Assembly: GCF_009914755.1 (NCBI RefSeq)
Contig: NC_060931.1
DNA: 64,000 bases
From: the human T2T-CHM13v2.0 reference genome, Homo sapiens
Reading direction: 5' to 3' (one strand)
This document shows positions 32,581 through 45,565 of this stretch, piece by piece. Position numbers and translations under genes: made by a program. The notes below the pieces were generated by a model. That model saw nothing but the letters and a program-made list of their open reading frames with translations, was not told the DNA's origin and ran no database searches. The stretch's first letter is position 1. Each line of letters starts with the position of its first letter.

Positions 32581-34579
32581 CTCCCTTCAATACCCCCGAA
32601 TATACATGCCTGGGCATAACGTGTGGGCAAAAATATTCAGGGACAGCCAAATGACTATTTTAATGTTCCTTTGTCCCTGCAGGGCCATCGAACTATTTAT
32701 TTAGTAGCTTGATGCTGTTTGCATCAACAACTTTGCCTTATAGGCTGTTCTTCATGTTTATGATTCTTACTGTGAAAAAAATTGCTTGCCTAACATCTGT
32801 TCTGAATTTGTTTTTTCTTTATTTTTATTTATCTGTTCCCCATTGAATTACATTTGCACCAAGAACAGTAACTTGAATTGTAATCTTCAGTGTCCTTCAG
32901 GATTTCTGCACACTTCAATACATCTCTTAATTACTCTTTTTTTATTGTTATGAGATATACATATATACCCATGCTCACACTGGCAGATTGGTTTGTAGCT
33001 TACCTCTGCCTGTCCCCCTCTGGGGACTAAGTTTTATTAACTGAATAAATTAGATGGGTGGGTATATTCAATAGAGTAGGGAGGTTTATCATTACAGGTT
33101 TCTTTCAGATATTTTTCCCCCTTGCTGCCCAGTTCTCTCCTTTAGCCATAGCTCTGTTTTGGAGAAAGCTTTATTGTAGCTTGACAGAGTCATAACTCAC
33201 CAGGATGAGAAGGACCACTTCATCTTATAGATGAAGAAGCTGAGGGCCAGGGGGGAGGCTATCTTCCTGCCTGCTTCCAGAAAGCGTGGAGAATAGCTGC
33301 CCCAGCGCCATTCTTGAGAGGTAGAGCACAGCTTGACCCTGCCTCTCCAGGCTGCCAAGCCTGGGGGCTTTCCTTAGCAGCAGGAGGCCTCCTGGGACTA
33401 CCGTGCCACCACCCACGCACCACACCATTGCTGCAGACCCAGTCCTTTGCAGAGCAAGCATTTTGCATGTTTTCCATGGGTGTGGCTGGGTTGGGGTGGT
33501 TAGAAAAGTGTGCAGAAGATGGTGTGGGAGAAGGGCAGGGCATGGAGAATCACAGTGGGGTCTCTTCATGCTTGTGGACTCTCCTGGTGGAGCTGGTTCT
33601 CTGGCCTCCCTCAGGCTGGCTCGTGTGACTGGAGCCCTCATTAACCCCCTGCTCTCACCACTTAGAAACCAACCCAGGGACCAACCAAGCATATTCCCAG
33701 CAGTAGGCAAGAAGATCCCTAAAGAAGGGAAGTGAGACCTGCGTTTTTTCCCCTGATACTTGGGAAATCTAGCAGATATAGAGACAGTGACCCAGGTATC
33801 CAAGGGATTGGTCCAAATTCACCATCCTGTAACTCGAAATGCAATGCTCTTTCTACCATCGGTTCTCCATTCTTTCTGGAAGGTGTGTCCCCCTTCTTCC
33901 TTTTGCCCTTTCCCACACTCTTTGGGGGTCTATGTCCATGTCTTCCAATGGCACAAAGTCAGAGGGGATGGTTTCCCCATGTCTTGAAGTGCTCACTGCT
34001 GGCCCTGCTCCAGATGTTGTCCACTCAACAGACATTTCAGTCTTTGCTACGTGTACAGCATGGAGCTCATGGCAGTGGGAGAGACTACCCATCCCCTCCA
34101 GAAAATGTATCATTCATGTCTCTTTTCCCAAAGAAAGCTGACATCTAATTTAGGAGAAAAACCCAGACATGGGCCAAGTTGCTCAAGAATGCCAGGTAGT
34201 ATAGTGGCTGACTTCTACAAGAGAAGGACAGGACACCCAGAAAGAAACCCAGAAGAACAGGAAACCCAGAAAGAACAGGAAACAGGATTCTGGGTAGAAT
34301 CATGGACCAGTGAAGGCAGAGAAGGCTTCTAGGAGGAAGTAGGTCTTGAAGAATGAATAAGGGGGAGGTGAGGGCAAAGAATGTTCCACTCAGTAAAAAC
34401 AGCCAGAGAAAAGCCCTTGAGGTGGGAATGGTTGGGGGAATGGAAGTTGTGGCTGGAGAGAGGGACACAGATGGATTGGCCAGTCATCATCACACACTGG
34501 AAAGCCTTCGTTGCCAGGCGAAGACATGTTTGTTATCCTTTTGTTACCCTTGCTAATGGCCTGTAAGCTGCTTAAAGCC

Positions 34580-34898
34580 ATGTCTTGCAGGTCAGTTTCT
34601 AGAGATGGGGTTTGAGGGGCAAGATGTTTACTAGGGATCAGTGAAGGGAAGGAGGAGAAAGCTGTCAGTCATCCCCCAGTAGGACAAAATGCCACCTCTC
34701 TGTGTTCCTACTCAGCCCGGCCACTGGATGTGGGCTTTACCAGGAAGGGGGTGACCCCAGTGACATGGATCTCAGCAGCTGAGGCTGGCCCTGAAGGAGC
34801 TAACAGCTGGAGGCTCCCTGCTGACCACAGTCTCGGCTGCTGGACAGCAAGTCCTTCCCAGAAGGGGGATCTGGACGACATGTCTTGATGTCATCACA
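34580..34898. mobile_element. ERVL-type LTR fragment (LTR33-like)
   Basis: cagctgaggctggccctgaaggagctaacagctggaggct..aagtccttcccagaagggggatctgg..caca. Confidence 0.6.
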
Positions 34899-35667
34899 TC
34901 ATGGGAACTCTAGTTCAAATGAAGTTTTTGGCAGAATCACCAGGTTGAAGTGGGAGGTGATCTGAGGGTTCTGTATGCTCAGCTTCCCCACAGAGGACTC
35001 TTTGCCCCGCTAGACCTGAGACTGGCTGGGGCCAGCCACAAAGGCAGGCCCATGGCTGACGGAGCCAACAGGGCACCTCTGCAGGGGGCACCTCTCCAGG
35101 GTGGTAGGAGTGAAATAGAGCAGGCCCCAAGTTTTAGAAAATGACCAGGGGCTGGGTGAATTTTGGAAGCAAGATAAATGTGGATAAAGAGAAAAAAGGA
35201 TTCTGAGGTTTCAAGTCTGGCTTCAGAGTTGAAACCTCCTTCTGCCAGGAGGAGTAATAGGGAAGCCAAGAGGATAAAATGATTTCCCAGTCCTGGAAAG
35301 GCAGCTTAAAACCATCCTTCCACTTGCTCTTAAGGGTGAGGCGCTCTGCTAGCTTCTCAGGGATGCACGGACAGATAAGATGGGCTTTGTCTTGAGAGAA
35401 CTTGCAGAGCGATCAGGAGCTTATCAATAAACAGAGGGTGATGCAGGTCAGTAGAGGAAAGGACCAGGTGCCACAGAAACTACAAGGAGCGAAGGGTCCA
35501 TGAAGCCTTCACAAAGAGGGGCAGGTGACCCGACTGTCTGAAGTTTTCCAAACTAACAAGAGGGCAGCCGGCACTTTAGAGGGTAAATACTTGCAAAGAG
35601 GCAGAGCAGGGGGAATACTGCACATCTGGGGAACCATAAATAACTTTTTCACAGCAAGAATGAAAGG

Positions 35668-35985
35668 CTGTGGTTCCCAAACTGTGTGCTGAGACACCCC
35701 AGGGTGCCACAGTGAACTCACAGGGGCTTCCTGGGCTATGGTATTTTACACATTCGTGACAAATACAGCAACATCTGTCAGGCACTGTAGGAACTGCTTT
35801 CAGTTTATGTGTATTATTTCTTCAAATGTCCACTAACTTGCTAGAACATGTATACTTATAAAGTTGTTTGAACTTATCTACTTAGAAATGAGACTGTGGG
35901 GTTCTTCTTTTGGCCTGGGGAGCGCTACGAAGACATTACTGAGTCACTAAGGGCACCGTGAACTGAGAACGTTTGGAAACACAGG
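35668..35985. mobile_element. hAT-Charlie-type MITE
   Basis: Imperfect TIRs ctgtggttcccaaac .. gtttggaaacacag, with the internal repeat ggg(t/c)(g/a)cc..gtgaact. Confidence 0.65.
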
Positions 35986-37624
35986 TATAAGAGGAATGGG
36001 GTGAGGAGAGAAGTCAGGAGCTCCTGAAGGGCCCCTGCTTGGTTACAAGTGAAGAAGCTTAAACTTGCTTCAAATGATGGAGAACCACTAGAGATTTATA
36101 GGGAATAGAACGACACAGTCAGCTTCTGTTTTACAAAGGTGATTGGCCTTGGCGGGAGGGTTGGTTTGGAGACAGAGAGCTTCACTGGGAGCTCCTCAGT
36201 GGTCCAGGCGAGAGAGACAGGGCCTGAAGCCAGTTGGCATTAGACGTTGGAGCTGGAATACAGCACACTGTGTTGACATCATGGAATTCCCACTGCATGC
36301 TTAACACCATAATGAACACTAGACATCAAAGATAAGAAGACAAGATGTGTTTCCACCACTCACAAACGAGCAGAAAGACAGTCAGGAAAAAAATTACAAT
36401 TACTAGAGAACCACTAGGAGTCAACCAGGCAAGAAAAGAGGAGCCGTTCCAGGCAAGGCAGGGGGAACAGCATGTGCAAAGGCATGGGAGTGAGAGATCA
36501 TGGAGGGTTTCAGTCGGTATGATCAGGATTGGCTCTTGGCGGTGGGGTGGGGAGGGGGACCGGGGGCAGGCAGGCGGGGGGAATAGGGTGGCACAAGGCC
36601 AAAGAACAAGGCAGGGAGCAGGGTGTGAAGGACATCATGTGCCACATGCTAAAGACTTGGCAAACCATTGAAGGGTGTTCAGTAAAGAAGCAGCATACTC
36701 AGATTTGCACTTTACCAAGTCCTAGGTGGATAAGTGGAGTTGGGGCCCACATGTGGACAAGCAGCAGGTCAGAATGATGGAGACAGAAACCTCTGAGTGG
36801 GAGGTCCAAAGTCTGGCCAGGAAGAGGACCAGGGATTGTACCAGCCTGAAAAGGGCAAAAGAAAGTTGCTGAACAGGCTCTACAAACTCCTGAAAGGGGA
36901 GGGGCTGAGAAAGCGCTGGTTCGGTCCATTGATCTCTGCAGGGCTCTGTGAATTCAGGGTGGACCCCAGGCATGAGTACTCTGAGGGTAACATGGGCAGA
37001 TGTTGCCTGACCCTGCTCAGAGTGACAGACAGGAGCCCTGGGAAAGCAACTCCAGACTCCATGGCCTATGACTGTGTCACTGGCTCCTCAAGAAAACTCT
37101 CCCTGGTAGCTGAGTCTGCTCTGTCATTCAGCTGACTCAAGCCTCTTGCTCTAATGACAGACGGGAGAGCTGACCCAAAAGGGAAAGACACTCCATGAGC
37201 CAAGCAGGGACAGAGCCCCAGGACTCTGGGGACCCTGCTTTCTCCATGGCACCCTGTGGACCATCCAGCCCCGGAGGAGCGCCTGTGAGTCAAATGCCCA
37301 GGTACTCCCAGCACTGGACTTCTCCTTAACTTTCTCTGAACTTTCTGGAAGTTGAGCATCTCAGACACTCACAACTGTGATCTGCAGTAGCGTCTACCCC
37401 TTTCCTCACTGAGCCTCCTGCCGCTTCCACATGGACATTCCATGGCAAAGGTCAGACTTGAGGGTAGGACAGCAGCTACCCTGTTAGCATCCTCAGCCTG
37501 CTGGGAAATAAAACTGTCACGGAGACAAGAAGTTCTCAGATGCTTGGCATTTAGCAGTTGTCAGAGGAGCTGAAAGCCCTCATCAGTTCTACCTGAAAAT
37601 CAGAAGTTTCCCAACGTGCATGGC

Positions 37625-37810
37625 TTTTTTTTTTTTTTTTTTTTTGAGACAGAGTCTTGCTCTTGTCACCCAGGCTGGAAAGCAATGGCGCAATTTTTGT
37701 ACTTTTAGTAGAGACGGGGTTTCGCCATGTTGGCCAGGCTGGTCTCAAAATCCTGACCTCAGGTGATCCGCAAGTGCTGGGATTACAGGCGTGAGCCACT
37801 ACGCCCGGCC
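37625..37810 (-). mobile_element. Internally deleted AluS
   Basis: The right arm jumps from gcaatggcgcaat to tttttgtac. A second deletion lies at gatccgc|aagtgctggg. Confidence 0.9.
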
Positions 37811-39049
37811 TGTGCATGCCTTTCTGTTCCTTCTGCTGATGTGGGGGGTGTTGGGCTCCTGTCAGGGGCCTCCTGATGCCCCGTTGGGGCACTTCCTCGC
37901 TCAGCTTCCTCGTCCCTGACAAAGTGGCAGCAGCAGGGTGTGGCCCATGGAAGGTGACCATGACCAGCATTTTCATTAAACTTTACTGTTCGGACAAACT
38001 ATTCTCATCTGACCTCATAACGGTCTCTTTAATCATAGGAACAGTTTCAAGAAGGTTGATTTGCTCAAGGTGATACAGCTGTTAAATTACAGGACAAAGC
38101 CTTGAGCCCAAGTTCCTAAGACTCTCTGACACCTGCAACTGTGGCACTGCCAGCCGCCACTCTGCCTCTGACAGTCTCGGGGGACCAATCCAGTGACAAA
38201 TTCTCCCTCTCCTTTTTTTTTTTCATTGCAGAAGTCACATGCGCTCATTATAAAACACTGAACGTTCAAGGAATAGATAAGATGAAAAGGACAGTGCCCC
38301 ATAATTTCCTGCTCCAGATCTATGCCCTGTAAGCCAGGGGTCTGACACAGAGTATGTGCTCAATAAATGCTTTCTGAAGGGACTAGTTAATAGAAAGACC
38401 GACTATAATTTATTAACAGAGCTCCCCATACTATTTTACAATGTGCTTTTCCATTTGGCTGGGTCATTTGGACATTTTTTCATGTCGGTGCCTGTAGGTG
38501 ACCCCCTGCCCACCACCACCAGGAACAGTCTATAGCTCGGTCACCCCTAACAGGGGCAGGCCTTCTGGAACAAGGCCAGGCAGCCCCCAGGCTAATCCCA
38601 ACAGTCTATTCTACTTAAGTTCCCAGAAGGCGGCTGTGAACTATTTTGGTTTAACTGACTGGTCAGTTTCAAAAAAGAGAGAAAACCACTAATTAAACAA
38701 GTCAAACAAGTGGTTATTTTTGTCTACACAATACTTCACTGATTTGCCTACATTTTCTCTTCAACCAGGTGCTTTGGAGTTGAATAAGTGAATTCTTAAT
38801 TGCATAGCTAAATGTAGATGAATAACTGGTTAAGAATTTCTTGCCCGGAAAGGAGTCTATATGTAAGTTTGGATTAGAGTGAACCAAGGCCTTACCTCTT
38901 TAATTGGGCTGGGGGTTTTCTGGTCCATTAAGCAAGAATATGCTCTAAATCTCCACCTTTGAAAGCCACAGTCTGCACAGCTGGGAGCCTGCCTGCTTTC
39001 CCTTGCACACCTACCCAGCACTGGAGCGGGTTCAAAGACAGGCCACCCG

Positions 39050-39300
39050 AGCTAAGAGCAGTCACTGGAATAGATGACAGCATGCTCACCACCAAGGACC
39101 TGGGCTGGGGTCAAGTCCCTGTCTTGGGCAAGTGACTTTGCCTCTCTAAGTCTCAGTTTCTTATTCTGAAAAGTGGATAAAATAATGTCCTCATCCATTT
39201 TCTATGAGAATTACATGAGGAAATACAGGCAATGCACTTAGAATGAAGCCTGGTCAATAGTAAACCCTCAAAATAAATGCTAACGATTGTTGTTAATCTC
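39050..39300 (+). mobile_element. MIR SINE
   Basis: cttgggcaagtgactttgcctctctaagtctcagtttcttattctgaaaagtggataaaataat. Confidence 0.85.
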
Positions 39301-39829
39301 AAAGGTTTGAGAAGAATCTACAACCTCTGCAAATATTTCACTAGTATGAGAAGTTTCTTTGCACCCTATAGGAAGTAGACCTAAAATTCAAACACCCCAT
39401 ACTTTAATTTCCTTTCAAATTTGTAGGAATTATAGGATTTACAGTTCCAGTAAACTACAGAGATAACTTAGTTTTCACTCCCATATTTCAGCCATGGCCC
39501 AGAGAGTTTCAGAAATTTGCGCCTGGAACGGATTTCTGTGTGAGTGGTATGGCTGGATGAACCCGGATCCCACCTGCTAAGCTGTTGCATATTAATCTCC
39601 AGGACCCATGCCACCTCAGGGAGCAGGAAGACACTGCCTCACATTCACACCTTTGTGCAATACCAAGATCAGGCCCTTCTAGGGAAGTAAGCTTTGAGAG
39701 GCAGAATGGCACTGGGAATTCACAAGGTTGAGAAGAAAAAGGGGCACCATACTAGTTAGGACTTCCTGATTTCAAATTATGGGAAACCCAACACAAACTA
39801 ACTTTAGCACAAACTAACTAATGTAAGCT

Positions 39830-40270
39830 AGGAGGATGGAATGAAGAGCTGCAGGAGGAAAGTTTGGACTCTATATTGTGCTTTGTAGGCAGTCTGTCTA
39901 TCTGAAATCTCTGCTGGTCTCTATTAGCTCCTTCTGCAGACCGGCTCTCTCCATGTGGTACAAAAATGGCTGCCATCAGCCCTAGATTAATATATTCTCA
40001 GTTTAGCAGCTCCAGGAGAAAGTCAGAGCTTTTCACCCCAGCATCCATGTAGAAATCCCAATGAAGGATCCATACCGGCCTGGAGTGGGTCATGTGTCCA
40101 CCCCTTGGACCAGTCACTGTTGCCAAGGAGATGAGATACTAGGATTGGCCATGCCTGGGTGGTGAGCCCACCACCATGACCAGAGGGGCAGGGTTCTATC
40201 ACTGAGAGCTCCTTCAGAACTGCATGGAATGCGAGGGTGGTTCCTCAAGATGTAGTGGGCAGACAAAAGC
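39830..40270 (-). mobile_element. Old MLT1 MaLR LTR fragment
   Basis: aaaatggctgccatcagccc..gggtcatgtgtccaccccttggaccagtcactgttgccaagg..gattggccatgcctgggt. Confidence 0.7.
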
Positions 40271-40454
40271 AGGTGAGCCATCCCAGACACCCAAAACGAA
40301 AGCTATGTGTGCCTAGGACACACTTCCCTTACATTTTTTCTCCATTCAAGGTCTTTTCAGGAGCTCCTCAAACTACAGATGAGAGTTTTTGTAAATATAA
40401 ATTCACAAGATTACACAATTTACATGTAAAATGGGACCAGTTTTCTCACGAGAT

Positions 40455-40640
40455 TCATAAACCAGCTCTGAAGCAATTCTAAAGGAATTGTTGCAAAATT
40501 GTTTTTAGCATTAGCAATATTACTACAAAAAAAAAAAAAAAGAAGCAGGAAGACTCCCAAGGTGACTACTTGGAAGGACAACTTTCATTTGAAAGTAGAA
40601 GTATTATTTTGTTCCTTTAAAAAAATCTAGATTATGCGTA
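40455..40640 (+). mobile_element. Mariner-type (MARNA-like) DNA transposon 3' fragment
   Basis: ctctgaagcaattctaaaggaattgttgcaaaattgttttt..ctcccaaggtgactacttggaaggacaactttcatttg, corresponding to the mariner C-terminal GDYFEG region. Confidence 0.7.
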
Positions 40641-40771
40641 AGATTATTATGATAACTAAATCAATACAAATATATTACCAAAAGTTGCGTGTGCCCTACA
40701 GTGTAATTGCTTTCCTTTTAGATCTAAGAATTTAGGGAAATGAGAATGGGTGTGAACTTTGGTTAAATATA

Positions 40772-41130
40772 GAGCAGGTTTTCACCCAATCAGATTGGGT
40801 CCACAATCTGTCAATCACATCAGGATCCCCTGGGAGCTTGTTAAAATAGGAGGTGCTTGGGTCCCACCCCAGAGACTCTGGTCTGGTAGGTCTGGGTAGG
40901 GCCAGGCATTATTATTTCTGAATGCTCCGCAGTTGGTTTTGACAAGCCCTCGAGGCTGGAAACCATGGCCCTAGGACAGCATTTCTCAGAGTATGGAAAG
41001 AGTCCTCTTGCATCAGAATCTGAGAGCTGGTTAAAATCAGATTCCTGGGCCCTACCCAGGCCTGCTAGATTAGTCTTGGTAGGGAGCTTGGCTGTGAATT
41101 TAGAGTTTATTAAGCTCCCCAGTGACTTTT
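40772..41130. mobile_element. Two adjacent MER5-like hAT MITEs; the second is interrupted by the L1 block and resumes at ~48469-48510
   Basis: cacatcaggatcccctgggagcttgttaaaat..ggtcccaccccagagactctg and gcatcagaatc..gagctggttaaaatcagattcctgggccctaccc. Confidence 0.75.
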
Positions 41131-42145
41131 TAAAAATTTTTAATTTTGAAATAATTATAGATGGACAGGAAGTTGAAAAAAATATGTATGGGGAAGTCCT
41201 ATGTTCCCATTACCCAGCTTCCCCCAATGGTAACCTCTTGCGTGACTATAGTACGTTATCAAAACCAGGAGAATGACCCTGGTATGACCCACAGTGCTTA
41301 TCATATTTTTTCCAGGTTTATATGCACTCGTGTGTGTGTGTGTGTGTGTGTAGTTCTATGCAGTTTTATCACCTTTGTAGATCTGTGTAACCCCCACCAC
41401 AGCCAAGATAAAGACTATCCTATGACCATAAGCTCTCTAGAACTACCCCTGTATAGCCACATGCACCCATCACCACCCCCATCCCTAACCCCTGGCAACC
41501 ACTAATGTGTTCTCCATCTCTATAATTTTATTTCAAGAATGTTATGTAAACAGAATCATACAGCATGTAATCTAATGATATTTGTTTTTTCAGTCACAAA
41601 ATTCCCTTGAGATTCATCCAAATTTGTGCATGTAACAATAGCTTGTTCTTTTTTAAATTGCTGCATAGTATTCCGTTGTATAGATGTACTACAGTTTGTT
41701 TACCCATCTACCCAATGAAGAACATTTGAATTGTTTTCAGTTTTTGCCTATTACAAACAAAGCTGCTGTAAACATTCATGTACATGTGTTCTGTGAATGT
41801 AAGTTTTCACGTCTCTGGGACAGATGTTCAAGAGTGCAATTGCTGGGTCATAGCATAAGTATGTGGTTAGTTTTATAAGAAATCGCCAAAGCGGCTTTAT
41901 GGTTTTACCTTCACATCAGCAACTTATAAATGATCCACTTTCTCCACATGTTTGCCAGCCTTTGATGTTATCACTATTCTTTTAAAATTTTAGCCTTTCT
42001 GATAGATGTGAAATGATATCTCATTGTGGTTTTAATTTGAACTTCACCAATGGCTAATAATGTTAAACATCTTTTCATGTGTTTACTTGGCATCTGTATA
42101 TCCTCTGTAGTGAAATGTCTGTTCATGTCTTTTGCCCATTTTCTA

Positions 42146-44205
42146 TTTTATTTTTCCATAAGTTATTGGGGGTACAGGTAGTATTTGGTTACATGAGTAA
42201 GTTCTTTAGTGGTGATTTCTGAGATTTTGGTGCACCCATCACCTGAGCAGTACACACTGCACCATATTTGTGTCTTTTATCCCTCACCCTCCTCCCACTC
42301 TCCCCAACCCCCAAGTCCCCAAAGTCCATTGTATCATTCGTATGCCTTTGTGTCCTCATAGCTTAGTTCCCACATATCAGTGAGAACATAGGATGTTTGG
42401 TTTCCCATTCCTGAGTTGCTTCACTCAGAATAATACTCTCCAGTCTCATCCAAGTCACTGCAAATGCTGTTATGTCATTCCTTTTAATGGCAGCATAGTA
42501 TTCCACCATACATATATACCACAGTTTCTTTATCCACTCATTGACTGATGGACATTTGGGTTGGTTCCATGATTTTGCAATCGTGAGTTGTGCTGCTATG
42601 AACATGCCATGCAAGTATCTTTTTTGAATAATGACTTCTTTTCCTCTGGGTAGATACCCAGTAGTGGGATTGCTGGATCAAATGGTAGTTCTACTTTTAG
42701 TTCTTTAAGGAAACTCCACACTGTTTTCCATACTGGCTGTACTAGTTTACAGTCCCACCAGCAGGGTAGAAGTGCTCCCTGATCACTGCATCCACGCCAA
42801 CATCTACTGTTTTTTTAATTATTATTTTTTGATTATAGCCATTTTTGCAGGAGTAAGGTTGTATCACATTGCAGTTTTGATCGGCATTTCCCTGATCATC
42901 AGTGATGCTGAGCATTTTTTCATTTGTTTATTGGCCATTTGTGTATCTTCTTTTGAGAATTGTCTATTCAGGTCCTTAGCCCACTTTTTGATGGGATTGT
43001 TTGTTTTTTTCTTACTGATTTTTTTGAGTTCATTGTAGATTCTGGATATTAGTCCTTTGTCAGATATATAGATTGTGAAGATTTTCTCCTACTCTGCGGG
43101 TTGTCTGTTGACTCTGTTGACTGTTCCTTTTACCGTACAAAAGCTCTTTACTTTAATTAGGTCCCAGCTATTTATCTTTGTTTTTGTTGCATTTGCTTTT
43201 GGGTTCTTGGTCACGAAATCCTTGTCTAAACCAATGTCTAGAAAGGTTTTTCTAATATTATCTTCTAGAATTTTTATAGTTTCAGGTCTTAGGTTTAAGT
43301 CTTTAATCCATCTTGAGTGAATTTTTGTATGAGAGATGAAGATCCAGTTTATTCTCCTACATGTGGCTAGCCAATTATCCCAGCATCGTTTATTGAAAGG
43401 GTGTCCTTTCCCTACTTCATGTTTTTGTTTGCTTTGTCGAAGATCAGTTGGTTGTAAGTATTTGAGTTTATTTCTGGGTTCTCTATTCTCTTCCATTGGT
43501 CTATATGCCTGTTTTTATACCAGTATCATGCTGTTTTGGTAGCTATGGCCTTATAGTATAGTTTGAAATCAGATAGTGAGATACCTCCAGATTTGTTCTT
43601 TTTGCTTAGTCTTGCTTTGGCTATGCAGGCTCTTTTTTGGTTCCATATGCATTTTAGAATTCTTTTTTCTAATTCTGTGAAGAATGATGGTGGCATTTTG
43701 ATGGGGATTGCATTGAATTTGTAGATTGCTTTTGGCAGTATGATCATTTTCACAATATTGATTCGACCCATCCATGAGCATGGGATGTGTTTCCATTTGT
43801 TTGTTTCATCTATGATTTCTTTCAGCAGTGTTTTGTAGTTTTCCTTGTAGAGTTCTTTCCACTCCTTGGTTAGGTATATTCCTAAGTATTTTTATTTTTT
43901 TGCAGCTATTGTAAAAGGGGTTGAGTTCTTGATTTGATTCTCTGCTTGGTCATTGTTGGTGTATAGAAGAGCTACTGATTGGTGTACATTAATCTTGTAT
44001 CTGGAAACTTTGCTGAATTTTTTTTATCAGTTCCAGGACCTTTCTGGAGGAGTCCTTAGGGTTTTCAAGGTAAACGATTGTATTGTCAGCAGTGACAGTT
44101 TGACTTCCTCTTTAGCGATACGGATGCTCTCCTTTCTTTCTTCCTTCCTTCCTTCATTCCCTCCCTCCCTACCTTTCTTTCTCTTTCTCTCTTTCTCTCT
44201 TTCTC

Positions 44206-44272
<67 letters not shown>

Positions 44273-44946
44273 CTCTCTCTCTCTCTTTCTCTTTCTCCCT
44301 CTCTCTCTCTCTCTCTTTCTTTCTCTTGTCTGATTGTTCTGGCTAGGACTTCCAGTACTATGTTGAAGAGGAGTGGTGGGAGTGGGCATCCTTGTCTTGT
44401 TCCAGTTCCGAGAGGGAATGCTTTCAGCTTTTCCCCATTCAGTATTATGTTGGCTGTGTGTTTGTTATAGATGGCCTTTATTACATTAAGGTATGTCCCT
44501 TGTATGCCGATTTTGCTGAGAGTTTTAATCATAAGGGGATGCTAGATTTTGTTGAATACTTTTTCTGCATCTATTGAGATTATCATGTGATTTTTGTTTT
44601 TAATTCTGTTTATGTGGTGTATCACATTTATTGACTTGCGTATATTAAACCATCCCTGCATCCCTGTTATGAAACCCACCTGATGTTCGTGGATTATCTT
44701 TTTGATATGTTGTTGGATTTGGTTAGCTAGTATTTTGTTAAGGATTTTAGCATCTATGTTCATCAAGGATATCGGTCTGTAGTTTTCTTTTTCGGTTGCA
44801 TCCTTTCCTGGTTTTGGTTTTAGGGTGATGCTGGCTTCATAGAATGAGTTAGGGAGGGTTCCTTCTTTCTCTATCTTGTGGAATAGTGTGAAAAGTATTG
44901 GTACCAATTCTTCTTTGAATGTCTGGTAGAATTCTGCTGTGAATCC
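42146..44946 (-). mobile_element. 5'-truncated L1PB (L1PB1-like), about 2.8 kb, nested in the older L1
   Basis: L1PB 3' end (ttggttacatgagtaagttctttagtggtgatttctgagattttggtgcaccc). ORF2 RT fragments [22 protein letters not shown] and [21 protein letters not shown], disrupted. Confidence 0.93.
44127..44327 (+). repeat. (CCTT)/(CTTT)n/(CT)n compound microsatellite inside L1 ORF2
   Basis: About 200 bp, almost pure pyrimidine. Confidence 0.96.
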
Positions 44947-45279
44947 AGATGCAAGTCCTTAGTCAGGTAGGTAGTTTGCAAATATTGTCTCCTAGCCTGT
45001 AGCATGTCTTTTCATCTTCTTAACAGTGTCTTTGAAAGGGCAAAAATTTTTAATTTTGATCAAGTTCAACTTTTTGATTTTTGTCCTTTATGGATTATGT
45101 TTTAGTGTCAAGTCTAAGAACTTTTTGCCAAGCTCTAATTTTCAAAGATTTTTTTTTTACTTTTCTAAAAGTTTTATAGTTTCACATTCTACATTTAATT
45201 CTGTAGTCCATTTTGAGTTCATTTTTTGCATAAGGTATGAGGTTCATATTTTGCCTATGGATGCCAATTACTCTAGCAT

Positions 45280-45565
45280 CTTTTTTTTTTTTTCTCACTC
45301 TGTCTCCCAGTCTGTAGTGCAGTGGCTTGATCTTGGATCACTGCAACCTCCACCTTCCAGGTTCAAGCAATTCTCCTGCCTCAGCCTCCTGAGTAGCTGG
45401 CACTACAGGTATGTGCCACCATGCCCAGATAGTTATTTGTATTTTTAGTACAGATGGGGTTTACCATGTTGGCCAGGATGGTCTCAAACTCCTGATCTCA
45501 AGTTATCCACCTGCCTCGGCCTCCCAAAGTGCTGGAATTACAGGCGCGATCCACTATGCCTGGCC
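45280..45565 (-). mobile_element. AluS in old L1
   Basis: TSD actctagcatcttt. Confidence 0.93.

Noticed and set aside
33225-33803. Longest ORF in the track (192 aa, minus strand) and overlapping ORFs
   Set aside because: No recognisable homology; overlapping ORFs in several frames are expected in GC-richer sequence, and one end overlaps a MIR-like piece.
42363-44907. ORFs with reverse transcriptase similarity
   Set aside because: Fragmented ORF2 of a 5'-truncated L1PB, with frameshifts and a microsatellite insertion; not an active element or gene.
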